Notes: generated by a model not told the origin, from the sequence alone. A DNA stretch of 64,000 nt from Eledone cirrhosa (GCA_964016885.1 OZ024740.1:350362001-350426000); one strand, 5' to 3'. Counted from the first letter of the stretch, positions 37,481-52,784 are shown. Numbers and translations are program-made.

Positions 37481-37907
37481 GAAATTACAGCATGCAAGAT
37501 TTCACAGCTCTAGCTTTGCTCCTTCACAGTCAGTCCATCCTAATATAATGATATTTTTTCTCACTACTACTAGTGTAATGTTGATTAACTAAAATTAGTG
37601 CGAAAGGAAGGAACAGCAATACAATTTAGTATATTTTTATTTAATTTACCCAATGTTGTTTCGTCCCATGTCAGCCTAAATTGATCAGACTATGATTTAA
37701 GGCATGCTAGCATTGACTATCCTATATTTCCCTGGTAATTTAACTCTACTATATTATTCAATATTCCCGTCCCCCTTTTCTAAATTATAGCTTTTCCTCT
37801 ACTACAACCTTCTTACACCACCTTCTTCTTCTCACCCGTCTATTTTTCACTCCCGCCCTAGTATTCCAACCCGCTCGTCCCCTCAATCTATCTTATTTCT
37901 CATTCTT

Positions 37908-37944
37908 TCTTCTGATGAAGGACTAGTGTCCGAAACGTTAAGAC
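37908..37944 (+). ncRNA. Minimal hammerhead ribozyme motif
   Basis: TCTT-CTGATGA-AGGAC tagt GTCC-GAAACGTT-AAGA. Second copy with shared flank at 57318-57354. Confidence 0.7.
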
Positions 37945-38030
37945 CCCCTTCCTGCTATATCAAGCGTTAACCTAATATATACCTTCCATATACTGTACCG
38001 ATTGTGTTGTTATTTCTGTTTACCTTTTAC

Positions 38031-38145
<115 letters not shown>

Positions 38146-38703
38146 TACTTGTGGTGTATATGAAAGTATATATAAAAGAAACTTATGAGAGATTTACTAT
38201 CGAAGAAAAAATATCTTTTTCGTTATGAAAAAATCCTTTTTTACTTTCATTTTTGCCTTCATCGCAGTTATTTTACTCTTCGTGGTGCTCTAGCAACGTA
38301 GCCCCCGCGAATACTGAAGGACTACCTGGCATGCGTGCGTGTATAGGTGTTGACCGACCACTTGCCTCTACCAATCTGGACTGGGCTTGTATGAATCGTA
38401 TAAACCTTTCCTTTTGAGGGGAATGAAGACGTGCTGCAGCGTCCGGTATTGTAATGTCTGCAGATATTGCTTAACTACTGTGAATAACAGTTGCAGTTGT
38501 AACTATTATGAGCGGACTGTAGTGCAGAATCTGTCGACATTCAGGGATTATATGATATGCAAATGCCATTATCACACACGTAGCCGTTTATTTACCAATA
38601 GACCAATAGTGCATGGTTTGTATTTTCTTACGTACAAATCTTATAATATCATTGAGTAAGTGAATGCCAAAGCTATATTGATGCTCTTTAACTAGCTTCC
38701 AAA

Positions 38704-38769
<66 letters not shown>

Positions 38770-38775
38770 ATATCA

Positions 38776-38820
<45 letters not shown>

Positions 38821-38822
<2 letters not shown>

Positions 38823-39419
38823 AATGATGGTTGGAAAATCACTGACGAAGGACTATTTTTATCATATGTAACCCATGTGCAACCACGCAGTATTCTTCTT
38901 TCTTCTCATGTTTTTTATATATATTTACCTCGGCTGCGTTTGTCTGTTTCTCTCTTACTGCTTCCCCGTTCTCTCTGTTTCTCTCACCTTCTTTCGTCCC
39001 CTCTGTCAGTTACACTTTCTCTCGACTGACCGCTTCCTCGCACTTCCACTCACTCACTCTCTGTTTCTCTCCATCTCACTTCCTCCCGTTTGGCTTACAG
39101 TGGGTCTCTTCTTGCTTACATCTCACTCACGTCGGACGTCTGTACCTTTCGCTCATGAAATCCACCCAGCTTATGCTGACCAGGACTACCATGTTGCTTG
39201 TTTTTTTTCCTTTCTTTGGTTTGCTTTTATCCTTCTATGTTGTTCACTTGTCCCCCTCGCTTTACGCGATTTACTGGTCCCAATAATTTTTTTGAGCTAT
39301 ATGATTTTTAATGCGATGAAATACCAATGATGGTTGGAAAATCACTGACGAACGACTATTTTTATCATATGTAACCCATGTGCAACCACGCAGTATTCTT
39401 CTTTCTGCTCATGTTTTTT
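38821..39419 (+). mobile_element. ~500-bp non-coding element with ~95-bp terminal redundancy, inserted in (TA)n
   Basis: 38821-38915 repeated at 39324-39419. Homologous copy at 50352-50914. Confidence 0.8.
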
Positions 39420-39421
39420 TA

Positions 39422-39483
<62 letters not shown>

Positions 39484-39485
<2 letters not shown>

Positions 39486-41137
39486 ATAGAATGAAACGAA
39501 ATTTCATTTTTCACTCTTAGTACGGCACTTACTTAAATGTAAGTATGTATGTATGTATACGTACACACATATATGTATACAGACGTGCAGTAGTATGTAT
39601 ATATATACATACGTGCACACATATATATATATATGCCAATATGGGTTTACCGAACATTTATTATAATGCTCGGTTTGTTTATTTGTAAACAAACAAACAG
39701 CCCGACTTACGTCGTAGAGTGTTTAGGCACCCACGTCATCTTTTTGTTCAACACTGACACAAGAACTATGTACTAGTTTCAAGCTTATTAGCTATCGTCA
39801 GCATAGTATACCTTCCTGCCAGATGGTTAAACGTCTAAAAGAATATAATTTCCTTATGCATATTAACGGCTGAGCAGCCTAATTTGCATATCAAGTGAGT
39901 TCAGTCGGCCGGGCACACCGAAAACGATAAATGGAATAGAATGAAACGAAATTTCATTTCTCATTCTTAGTACGGCACTTACTTAAATGTAAGTATGTAT
40001 GTATGTATACGTACATACATATATGTATACAGACGTACAGTAATATGTATCTATATACGTACATGCACACATATATATTTGCACGTATCGGGTTATCGAA
40101 CGTTTATTATAATGCTCGGTTTGTTTGTAAACAAACAAACAGCCCGAATTACGCCGTACAGTGTTTAGGCAACCACGTCACCTTTTGGTTCAACACTGAC
40201 ACAGGAACGATGTACTAGTTTCAAGCTTATTTGCTATCGTCAGCATCGTATACCTTCCTGCCAGATGGTTGAACGTCTGAATATATATACTTTCCTTATG
40301 CATATTAACGGTTGAGCAGCCTAATTTGCATATCGAGTGAGTTCAGTCGGCCAGGCACACCGAAAACGATAAATGTAATAGAATGAAACGAAATTTCATT
40401 TCTCACTCTTAGAACGGCACTTACTTAAATGTATGTATGTATACGTACATACATATATGTATATAGACGTGCAGTAGTATGTATATATATACATACATGC
40501 ACACATATATATATGCGCGTATCGGTTTACCGAACATTTATTATAATGCTCGGTTTGTTTGTTTGTAGACAAACAAACAGCCCGAATTTTGCCGTACAGT
40601 GTTTAGGCAACCACGTCACCTTTTTGTTCAACACTGATACAGGAACGATGTACTAGTTTCAAGCTTATTAGCTATCGTCAGCATCGTATACCTTCCTGCC
40701 AGTTGGTTGAATGCCTGAAAGTATATACTTTCCTTATGCATATTAACGGCTGAGCAGCCTAATTTGCATATCGAGTGAGATCAGTCGGCCGGGCACACCG
40801 AAAACGATAAATGGAATAGTATGAAAAGAAATTTCATTTCTCACTCTTAGTACGGCATTTACTTAAATGTAAGTATGTATGTATGTATACGTACATACAT
40901 ATATGTATACAGACGTACAGTAGTATGTATATATATACATACATGCACATATATATATATATGCACGTATCGGTTTACCGAACATTTATTATAATGCTTG
41001 GTTTGTTTGTTTGTAAACAAACAAACAGCCCGAATTACGCCGTACAATATTGAGGTAACCACGTCACCTTATTGTTCAACACTGACACAGGAACGATGTA
41101 CTAGTTTCAAGCTTATTAGCTATCGTCAGCATCGTAT
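39484..41137 (-). mobile_element. Tandem array of ~440-bp units, each with a hammerhead ribozyme (non-LTR retrozyme-like)
   Basis: Units start at 39484, 39934, 40376, 40814. Minus-strand CTGACGA-t-AGCT..AGCT-t-GAAA-CTAGTA at 39765-39807, 40207-40249, 40645-40687, 41093-41135. Confidence 0.82.
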
Positions 41138-41399
41138 TCAGCTCTGGCTGTTTGTTTGTTAACAAACAAACAAACCAAGCATTATAATAAATGTTCGGTA
41201 AACCGATACGTGCATATATATATGTGTGCATGTATTTATGTATATATATACATACTACTGTACGTCTGTATACATATATGTATGTACGTATACATACATA
41301 CTTACATATATATATATATATACATATCATATCGAAGATGTACGTAATATACGATGTACTATATATACATAATCTACGATATATATATACATATATACA

Positions 41400-41611
41400 T
41401 CGAAGATGTACGTAAAATGTATGTTGCTAGAATTGAAAAAACAATTGTCATGTTTACACTTGGAAATAACCAAGACGTTCTCAGTGATCTTAAGGTTCAC
41501 CAAATTGAACTTATCATCTTGTACATAACACATACGCACACACATATATATATACACATACATGTATATATATATACATGTATGTATATATATTTATATA
41601 TATATGCGTGT

Positions 41612-41698
<87 letters not shown>

Positions 41699-41835
41699 TG
41701 TGTGTTATGTACATGATGAATAAGTTCAATTTGGTGAACCTTAAGATCACTGAAAACATCTTGGTAATTTCCAAGTGTAAACATGATAATTTTTTTTTCA
41801 ATTCTAGCAATATACAACTTTACGTACATCTTCGA
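41400..41835. repeat. ~133-bp inverted repeat arms around a (CA/TA/TG)n core
   Basis: 41400-41532 is the reverse complement of 41701-41835 with a few mismatches. Confidence 0.9.
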
Positions 41836-42427
41836 AAATCTTTGCAAATGGTATATAATGAAGAAAATCGTGCGAAAAGCTATATCATTTGTTTGTTTGT
41901 GTGGTGGTGGTGGTGATTTTGGGAGTTTACTATACTGTAATTTTACTTGCACCAGTGTTTATTGACTGCGAAAGTAATCACTATTTAATTAACACGAAAT
42001 AACCACAACTATATATATATATATATTGAAAGGATAACAAGGACGATTGGTTACTCCTTCATTACATTTATTGATAGGTGACTCGCGTTTCGCCACTGAT
42101 CAGCTCAAGGTTCGATCTGTATCGATCTTACCCGACTCTATAATCGGCAGCTCGACGGACTCTTTAAAATGCTAGTAGTAAAAAAAAAAAAATTATATAT
42201 CTGTGTATGTGTGTATGTATATATGCCCCTCCCCTCTCACCAAGCGTGAAGCTAATAACAGTATGTTACATTGATTCCTGCGTTTGTTTGTTTTGTCATT
42301 TTGAACTCTCTCTATATATCTATCTATATATCTATATACCTGTGTGTGTGTGTGTGTGTGTGTGTATGTATATGTGTGTGTGTGTGTATATATGTATATA
42401 TAAAGAATCCTTTCACAGGCAATGCTT

Positions 42428-42790
42428 ACGAGACGAGATCGGAAACAGTGAATCCTTAAATGCTGCAATATTACCAGTATTGAGGTAATATTAATCGTAA
42501 CACACCTTAGACGAGCTGGCCACCTGGTAAGAATGGATGAATCACGTTTGCGAAAGAAGCTGTTGTTTGATCAGCTATCAAATGTGAAACGCCGAATTGG
42601 CCGTCCCTCCTCCGGATTATGGACAGACTGAAGTACAACATATTAACTCATGGGAGGGACAGATCATAGATTGTCGAGGATTTATGTCGACCGGCTTCGG
42701 CCTGCTCATAGATTTTGAGGCCGGCAGACAAGTGTATCATGATCGGTTGCTCATGGAACTAAAATCGTGTCTCAGGAGGAGAGAAAAGGG
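42428..42790 (+). mobile_element. RTE (BovB-like) LINE 3' remnant
   Basis: LRRAGHLVRMDESRLRKKLLFDQLSNVKRRIGRP motif. Confidence 0.75.
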
Positions 42791-42866
42791 TTCGAGAGTA
42801 TATAATAATTACTAGACCTTCATGTGCCGTCCGTAGCATGAGAGTTAATCATACACACACACACAC

Positions 42867-42899
<33 letters not shown>

Positions 42900-43308
42900 A
42901 ACGATGGACTCTCCTGCTAGGATCTAATGCCCGCACCTCACTTTGTTTCTTTGCGACTTCCGTAACAAATGCTTATTTTACAGATATATTTTCCGAATGT
43001 GTACATTAGGATTATGATAATAATTTTCATTTAAAACAGTCAATTTTACACACGGAAATTACCAGAAGTATTTTGTGTGACTGTTATCTGCCCATCTTAG
43101 TGACTATTTATCTTAGTGACTATTTATCTAATTTTTTTATCGTATCTCTACTCATATCTGCCCGTCTATATCTCTCTCCCTTTATTTTTTCTCTATATGT
43201 TTGTTTCTTTCTTTCTCTCACTCTCTTCTATCAATGACTGTCTCTATATAGATACACCGACATAATATGGGAAATACGCTCTCTGAAACATAGCGAGCCC
43301 GCGTAAAC

Positions 43309-43367
<59 letters not shown>

Positions 43368-43371
43368 CACA

Positions 43372-43410
<39 letters not shown>

Positions 43411-43540
43411 ACACACACACACATATATATAGAGATAGATAGATACATACATACATACATATCATACATTCATATCATGATGGCTGCCCCCTCGTTATCG
43501 AGTATGACCATTGCACGAAAGAAAAAAAAATCATAATAAT

Positions 43541-43658
43541 AATTGTTTCTTCTTTTGAAACAGGGCCAGCAATTACCCAGTGCATTACTGGTACTTTATT
43601 TTATCGACCCCTTAAGGATGAAAGGCAAAGTTAACATTGGCGGGATTTGAACTCAGAA
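43541..43658 (-). mobile_element. 5'-truncated SINE within (AAT)n
   Basis: Core and 3' end of the family, flanked by AAT repeats. Confidence 0.88.
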
Positions 43659-43674
43659 TAATGTTAATAATAAC

Positions 43675-43709
<35 letters not shown>

Positions 43710-43975
43710 GAAGAAGAAGAAGAATGGAAGAAAACGCACATGGTGGATATATATCGTTATGGAATCGCTCCCGTAAGTTTTTGATTTTTACTTATTTAAA
43801 ACAACTGTGATAGAATAATTCTTATTACAAATGAAGTATAAGATTACATGTTTAACGCTCAGCAAGCCACAACACATCACTTTACGGCATAGGGCCCCAA
43901 TATTTAATATTTAATTTGGATCAGAAATGTTATAGTCGAAAAAGACAAAAATGGCAAAATGGCTAAGTGGACAGA

Positions 43976-44390
43976 CAGGCAAATAATTTCACCACCAACA
44001 CCAACACCGCCACCATCACCACTACCACGCCAAAAACTCTAGTCAAGTTACCTCAACTTCTATTGCTACTTCAACTTCAACACCACCACTACAATACTGC
44101 GATCACATCACCACCACCACTGCCTCATTATCGCTACCGCCGCTATTCTCTCCCACTACCTCCTGCTAAGTACTACTAGCACAGCACCACCACCACCAGG
44201 CAAATAATTTCACCACCAACACCACCACCGCCACCATCACCACTACCACGCCAAAAACTCTAGTCAAGTTACCTCAACTTCTATTGCTACTTCAACTTCA
44301 ACACCACCACTACAGTACTGCGATCACATCACCACCACCACTGCCTCATTATAGCTACCGCCGCTATTCTCTCCCACTACCTCCTGTTAA
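43976..44390 (+). repeat. Tandem duplication of a ~221-bp CAC-rich unit
   Basis: CAGGCAAATAATTTCACCACCAACACC at ~43976 and ~44197 with near-identical continuation. Confidence 0.9.
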
Positions 44391-44794
44391 GACATGCATC
44401 GCAGTGTCCCCACTAAAAGAGGAAGGCATCAAAAGATATAAATAGACAAATTTGATGACCCGGTCAAAAAATCAAAAAACCAAAAATCAAAATCAAAACA
44501 GCACAGCAACAACGAAAAACGTAAAGAAAAGAAAAATGAAAAGAAAAACAAACAGACAGACAGAGAAGGTAAAAAAAAAAAAAAACTAAGTCAGACATTC
44601 AAACATTACATTACAATGAAACTTATGCTTATTCTTTTCTGTTTTTTTTTTACCTATTTGTTTGTTTGTTTATTTATGTTCGTCTACAGCGTGATAGTGC
44701 CACACTAAAGTCACCGGGGGAAGGGGGGGGGGGTGATGAAATCACCGGTGGTTATGTAACCATACATTCAACAATCCTCGATAAGAGTGTTTAA

Positions 44795-47700
44795 ATGTCG
44801 AACCTAAACAGTTCGAATAACGGTGAAGTGGAGACTGGAATGTCATGTGACAGACTCTCACCCAGCAGGTGCTCCCTGGCCCAGCAGCAGGGACCTGGCT
44901 GTCATCCAAATACTGCTGGTGTTGGAGGAAGAAGAAGAAGGAAAGGGACCAGAACCAACTGGACGAAAGAAATGAATAGAGCTGTTATGCAATGTTACCT
45001 GAAGAGTAACCCCAAGGAGAAAGGCTATAGGAAACGGATGCATAACATCTGGAACGAGATTGGTCTATTTAAATTAGATGAACAAAAATTGGCCGGGCAG
45101 GCTCGGGTAATAAGAACTAATGGGTGGATAAGCGAGCTGTAACTGGAGGAACTGAGCAGAGAGATTAGGTTGGAAATGGAGAGTGGAGTATGCCAGGCAA
45201 ACGAGCCAGTGGGAAATGAAGGTGAAGAGGTTGAGAGAACGGAGGGACCATCCGAAGCAGGCAATGTTCTGAATGCTGAAATAAATAATACCTGGAACAA
45301 AGATACGGCCATTGAGGAGATGAATGATGACGGGCTAGGACAAGATTTGGTTGATATCCTAAACTTAGTGGTAGATGAATTGAACAATGATAGTGGGAAA
45401 CGTATGAACCTAAGATTTGTAGACAGGAAAAAGTTAAAAGAAATAACAGCTAAGGTAAACAAAGTCATCCCATACATTGAGGCGAGGAGTCTTCACCAGT
45501 GCAACAATATCCTCAAAGCAACAGCAAATGCGGTGAGGAAATTACTTGGCATAAAAACGAGAGGAAACAACAAACAAAAAAGATCAGAACCTTGGTGGAA
45601 GAAGCGACTGAATGGTCAAATCAGGGAAATGAGAAATGACATTGGAAAGCTTGAGTCCCTACTGAATGGGACACTAAAAAACATAGACACTAAAAATAGA
45701 CTGGAAATAAAGTATAAAACTAGGAGGAAAAAGCTAAATATTATCATAGAGGAACTGAAGCAACGCATTGTAGCAAAGAGTGCAAAAATTAGGCGATACG
45801 AGAGCAGAGTCAGTCAGTATAGACAGAACGGCATGTTTGACAATAACCAGAAGATGCTGTTCGGACAGCTTGAAGGGAAAGAAAGAGGCGGAACAAACTA
45901 AGACATTCTGAAGAGGAATATGGGAGCAGGATGTTAAACATAATGATCAGGCAGTGTGGATTGAGACAGTACAAAAGGAGATTAGTCAACAGGCACACCA
46001 ACAAACTGATTTGAGTATCACAGTTGAAACTCTTAAGGGGCAGGCCAAAAAACTAACCAACTGGAAATCACCAGGCCCAGATGGTGTGCAGAGGTATTGG
46101 ATTAAAAATATAACATGCCTCCACCCGAAACTGATAACCATGTTCAATGACTGCTTGATGTCAGGTGAGGTACCAGAGTGGTTGACAAAAGGTACCACAG
46201 TTCTGGTAATGAAAGACCGAATCAAGGGTAATGATGTTACCAACTATAGACCTATCACATGTCTGTCCGTAATGTGGAAACTGTTGACAAGCATTGTGTC
46301 TGAGGAAATCTACCATCACCTCCACATAAACAACTTGTTACCGGACGAACAGAAAGGATGCCGAAAGAAGTCCCGTGGTGCAAAGGACCAGTTACTTATT
46401 GATAAGATGGTAATGAGGAATTGCAAGAGGAGACACACTGGTTTTGCCATGGGATGGAAAGACTACAAAAAGGCATTTGACATGGTGCCTCATTCTTGGA
46501 TCACCAAAAGCCTAGAGATCTTCAAGGTGGCAGATAACATCAGACAGTTGTTGAGCAAAAGTATGAAGTCCTGGAAAACAGAGTTAACATCAGCTGGAGA
46601 ATCCTTGGGAGGCGTGAAGATCAAGAGAGGTATCTTCCAGGGAGATAGTCGGTAGCCTCTGTTGTTTGTCCTTGCCCTGATGACCCTGACCATTATACTG
46701 CGAAAAGTGAGAGCAGGATACAAGTTGGGAAAGGGAGAGCTTCCCATCAATCACCTCCTCTTCATGGACGATCTTAAGCTCTTCGGGAAAAGTGAGAAGG
46801 AGTTGGATGTGCTTGTTGACACTGTCCGTATTTTCAGCAATGATATATGTATTTGGTATTAGTAAGTGTGGAGTCCTTGTGATGAAGAGAGGGTAAATTG
46901 AGCAGAAGCAACGGAATCCAGGTACCAACAGGTGAGATGATAAAGGAAATTGACTCTGAAGAAGGATACAAGTATTTAGGTGTTCTGGAGGCTGATGACA
47001 TCAAGAACAAATAAATGAAGGAATTGATAACATCTGAACAGTAGGAATGCCATAAGTGCAGTAAATTCCCGAGCTGTGTCTATTATTAGGTACAGTGCGG
47101 GAATTCTGAGATGGAATGTTGCTGAACAAAAAAAAAAAATGGATAGGAAGACAAGGAAGCTATTGACTATCTACAACATGTTCCACAAAGAGGAGTGATG
47201 TCGATAGACTCTACTTAAGGAGATCTGAAGGTGGAAGAGGTCTTATCAGCATAGAGGACTGTGTTCAGATGGAGAAAAACAACCTACACAAATACGTGAC
47301 TGATAGTAAGGGGCGAATGCTCAGAATTGTACTGAAGGAGAGGACAATAGACCAGGGGATGTCCAGGGAGGAAATAACAACAAGGACAAAGAGCAGCCTT
47401 CATGAAAAATCCCTTCATGGTACTTTCTTTGAGAAAACTGAATTCAGAGATCCACAGACATGGAACTGGTTGAAAAGAGGAGACCTTAAAAAGTCTACAG
47501 AAGGAATGCTAATGGCTGCGCCAGAGCAGGCCCTCAAAAGGAAGTGGCTGAAACACCATATTTACAAGGAGGAGGCTAACCCACTGTGTAGGATCTGTGG
47601 TCTGTGGAGAGAGAGAGAGGGGAGACTGTGGCTCACATTGTATCCGAGTGTAAACACCTAGCCCAGACTCACTATAAAGGCTGGAGACATGATGTGATGG

Positions 47701-48258
47701 GCAGGGTGATCCACTGGCACCTATGCAAAAGTAAACAATTTACCACATTCTGAGAAGTGGTATGAGCATAAGACAGAGTCAGTGATGGAAAACGATCAGG
47801 TGAAGGTGCTGTGGGATTTTAGGATACAACCGGACAAGAAACTGGAACACAATAGACCTGACCTGGAGGTTTGGGACAAGGGAAAAAGATCGTGCTTGAT
47901 TGTGGATGTAGCCTGCCCATTCGACACGAGAGTGCAAGAGAAGGAGAGGGAGAAAATTAACCGATACCAGGACTTAAAGTGGAAGGTAAAAAGGATTTGG
48001 AACTGCTATGATGTCAAAGTGGTCCCGATTGTCATAGGCGCACTAGGTACTATCTCAAAGAGTTTCCAAGGATGGTTAAAGAAAATTGGCCCCGCCCCGC
48101 TTTTTGGAACACTTCAAAAGGCATGCTTGCTGGGAACAGCAAGAACCCTCCGATACGTCCTGAATATCTGAGGCTGCAGGTAGTGGCTTGATATTCATTT
48201 CAACAAACTTTCCAGTGAAATAACATCAAGGACTGAGACTCAAAGAACAATAATAATT
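44795..48258 (+). mobile_element. Near full-length R4/Dong element (N-terminal Myb-like region, RT, CCHC, RLE), multiple stops/frameshifts
   Basis: RTNWTKEMNRAVMQCY..GYRKRMHNIW, LLFMDDLK, CRICG, RPDL..DVACP. 3' end GAGACTCAAAGAAC(AAT)n. Confidence 0.93.
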
Positions 48259-48692
48259 ACCACACTCTCAGAAGTGCTATGAGCATAAGCCAGAGTCGGT
48301 GATAGAAAACGATCAGGTGAAGGTGCTGTGGGATTTTAGGATACGGACGGACAAGAAACTAGAACACAATAGGCCTGACCTGGTGGTTTCGGATAAGGAA
48401 AAAAGATCGTGCCTGATTGTAGATGTAGCCTGCCCATTTAACAAGAGAGTGCAAGAAAAGGAGAGGGAGAAAATTAACCGATACCAGGACTTAAAGTGGG
48501 AGGTAAAAAGGATTTGGAACTGCCATGAGGTCAAAGTGGGCCCGATTGTCATAGGCGCACTAGGTACTATCTCAACGAGTTTTCAAGGATGGTTAAAGAA
48601 GATTAGTTAAGCACGGCTTTTTGGAACAGTTCAAAAGGTATGCTTGCTGGGAACATCAATGACTGAGACTCAAAGAACAATAATAATAATAA
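48259..48692 (+). mobile_element. Second 5'-truncated Dong 3' fragment inserted in the tail of the first
   Basis: Repeats the RLE-coding region and the same 3' terminus with (AAT)n. Confidence 0.9.
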
Positions 48693-48859
48693 CACTATTA
48701 ATAATTATTAATTAATGCTATCATGCAATGCCTGTGCGTGAAGAATATTTTTAAAGTGAGGAAAGACTGTGCACTGACCCAATCCTACTCTCTGAGCTAC
48801 AGTAGCTATAACCGAAAAGAAGAAACGATCAACATCATCGGTAACTACTGAGCCGCAGG

Positions 48860-48950
48860 TTTTATGTCGGAGTTAACCCAGGTTCCTGAGATGCCTTCTC
48901 CTAGAAGAATGCCCTGACAAGGGCTAGGAGTCCTTCACTCCCAGTGGTTT
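48860..48950 (-). mobile_element. Possible RTE 5'UTR-derived fragment
   Basis: Minus strand CTAGCCCTTG..CTAGGAGAAGGC resembles RTE 5'UTR/SINE sequences; recalled similarity only. Confidence 0.3.
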
Positions 48951-49953
48951 AACTGCGCGATCGGGTATCCAGCCCGATTATTTCTATGTCCCCGCGCATA
49001 AAAATTAAAAAAAACTCACTTATTGACACTCATACGTACGACATACACACACGCGCACACACACATACACACGTGCGCACACACCAACACTCAGTATACA
49101 AACACACATATATACTGTATATATACATACTACCGTCATGACTGATACAATCTTGTACATACATATCATACATACATACATACATGCAAACATTCATACA
49201 TAGATACATACATACATACATGTATGCGAGCGTTTCTGTGCATATGTTGTATTGTGTGTGCATGTGTGTAACAGAATCTATCTGTGTGCGTGAGTGTTAC
49301 CGTGAGTCTGTGTGTATTTATGTATGGGTATCTAGCCACAGTATTAAGCAGCACAAAAACTTAACCTACATAAGTGATCTTAAATCTGTTCTACAACGTT
49401 GATCTAAAGACTCTCTACGGGAATTAATACGTATTTGATATATACCGAACTCGATGTATGCAGAGTTTCATGAGCAAGATGGTAATATGTAAACCATACC
49501 ATAGATGAGCGAATTCAATTGGCTGTTTAATGAATTCTCAACCGCCTTGAACTACTTTTGCTAAGACTGTGCTAAAAGGAGCGAAAGTTGATTGCCAGCG
49601 TTATTAAATCTAATAGCCTTATTTATCAACCTTGTGCTTGTATATGAATAATCAATTCCCGGTTGACACGGTCACACATGAAATATTATACACATAAACT
49701 CATTCGTACGCAGAAGCACGAACACACACGTGTTGATGTAAAGAGATGGTGACACGTATGAAAACAAAGTCACATTAGAGAGTAGTACAAGCGTTAGTGT
49801 CATTGCGTTACGAGTTCAAATGTCACCTTAGTAAACTTTGCTTGACATTCACGCTGTTAAAACTTATGCAGCTCTTATAAGCTTCGCACAATTTAAGCGG
49901 TCACTTTCTCTTTACATACTCTTCTAATAAGATTGCACCACTTCTCTCGATAA

Positions 49954-50028
<75 letters not shown>

Positions 50029-50071
50029 CACACTCACACACACATATATATATATATATATGTGTGTGTGT

Positions 50072-50914
<843 letters not shown>

Positions 50915-50923
50915 TATATATAT

Positions 50924-51133
50924 ATAGGAACGAGTAGGACCCCGACGGCTGAGCTCAAGCCGTTTCGACGGCTAATTCTGGACTAAAATCTTTTAGTCCA
51001 GAATTACCCGTCGAAACGGCTTGAGCTCAGCCGCCGAGGTCCTACTCGTTCCTATTACCCACTCTACTACCCTAAGTATTGAGTACTTTGGTGCGTTATG
51101 GTCCACCTGGTTCCTTACCACATTTCCTTCGTT
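50924..51133 (+). mobile_element. Foldback element: ~65-bp arm hairpin plus unique tail, in (TA)n
   Basis: 50924-50988 inverted at ~50990-51055. Relatives at 60535-60728 (opposite orientation) and 29122-29186. Confidence 0.85.
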
Positions 51134-51377
51134 ATATATATATATATATATATATATAAAAACAATGAGATATTGATATATATATATACATATAGTTTTA
51201 ATATAGAAAAGCTTCTACAGGACTAGAACTATTTCATTCGTGAGAAATCATCAGTACACATACATATATATCCAGGGAGTGTAACATGAAGTTACTGTAG
51301 GTTCACCCAGGTGAGCACTCGATGTTTAGGTTCACATCAGTGGCGTAGTGTAGAGCTAGGCAAAGTGTAATATAATA

Positions 51378-51560
51378 ATTGTTTCTACTATTGGCGCAAG
51401 GCTACCAATTATCCCAGTGTATTACTGGTACTTTATTTTATCGACCCCGTAAGGATGAAAGGCAAAGTTAACCTCGGCGGGATTTGAACTCAGATGGAAA
51501 AGGGACGTAACTATATGCTACAAAGCATGGCACCCGACTCTCTAGCGATACTGCCAATCC
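51378..51560 (-). mobile_element. SINE, near full length
   Basis: Family core, B box and ATT tail. Confidence 0.9.
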
Positions 51561-51608
51561 TTTGCCCTATAATAATATAGTAATACAAGTTCATTACGCT
51601 TATTCATT

Positions 51609-51693
51609 GGTGACGCGCGTTTCGCTATTGATCAGCTCAAGGTTCGATGTGTGTCGATCTGGCCCGACTCTGGAATAAAAAGCTCATCGGACC
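51609..51693 (-). ncRNA. Hammerhead-like motif with long stem II insertion (CCGATGA core variant)
   Basis: GGT-CCGATGA-GCT..AGC-GAAACGCGCGTC-ACC. Degenerate homolog at 42077-42161. Confidence 0.5.
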
Positions 51694-51802
51694 TCTGCTG
51701 TTGTAATACAGAATCGACACACACACACAGATATATATATATAAATATATATATATATATGTATGTATGTCTGTGTGTGGTGTATGTGCGTGTGTATGTT
51801 TG

Positions 51803-51848
<46 letters not shown>

Positions 51849-52256
51849 ATGTGTGTGTGTGTGCGTGTGTGCGTGTGTGAGTGTGTGTGTGTAATTGTGT
51901 GTGTATGTGTGTGTTAATGCGAAAATTCAATAACAAAAACAACAGTAGAGGAAAATACAGTACAATGGTGATGCATATAATTTTCACGATTGATGGAGTG
52001 TTTAGTAAAGTCTCTTAACATGTCGGAAGATAGAAGAAATAATAAGATAGAAGAGATCAAAAAAAAAAAAAGAAACGGAAAAACGTGTTTTTATTACATA
52101 ACACATATAATATTAATAATACTGGTAATGGGTACCTTTCTAAGAGAGAAAAATGCAAACGAAAGTGGTCAGTCCCTGAGAGTACAAGTACTCATTTTCA
52201 GCTATTTATACTGGAGCAAAGTGAAATTAAGTGTTTTGTTCAAGAACACACTCTCT

Positions 52257-52368
<112 letters not shown>

Positions 52369-52784
52369 TTCAAGAGTAACCAATCTTAAAGAGAGTGATG
52401 GAGATAGGAGAGGAGATATGAGAGGAGAGATTGGTGAATTAGTTAGAAGCCAAAGCGTAAAGGCATGTGCTCAATGTGCAATATGCAGTAGAAAGCAGCT
52501 AGGTGGCTGGGTTCATGCAGAAGTTAGGTGCGCAGAGCTGAAAATATTCATTAGTTAAGCAAAACAAGACCACAAATTTCACAAGGAAGACATTATTAAA
52601 AAATTGTCAACATATTTTAGTTTGATGTAAGGAATGTAGAGAATAATAATAATAATAATTGTTTCTACTTTAGGCACAATGCCAGTAAATTATCCAGTAC
52701 ATTACTGGTACTTTATTTTATCGACCCCGTAAGGATGAAAGGTAAAGTTAACCTCGACGGGATTATAATAATAATAATAATAAT

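Noticed and set aside
44700-44794. HDV-like ribozyme or defined 5' end for the long Dong copy
   Set aside because: Could not fold a convincing double pseudoknot by eye, and no (TAA)n 5' flank marks the boundary.
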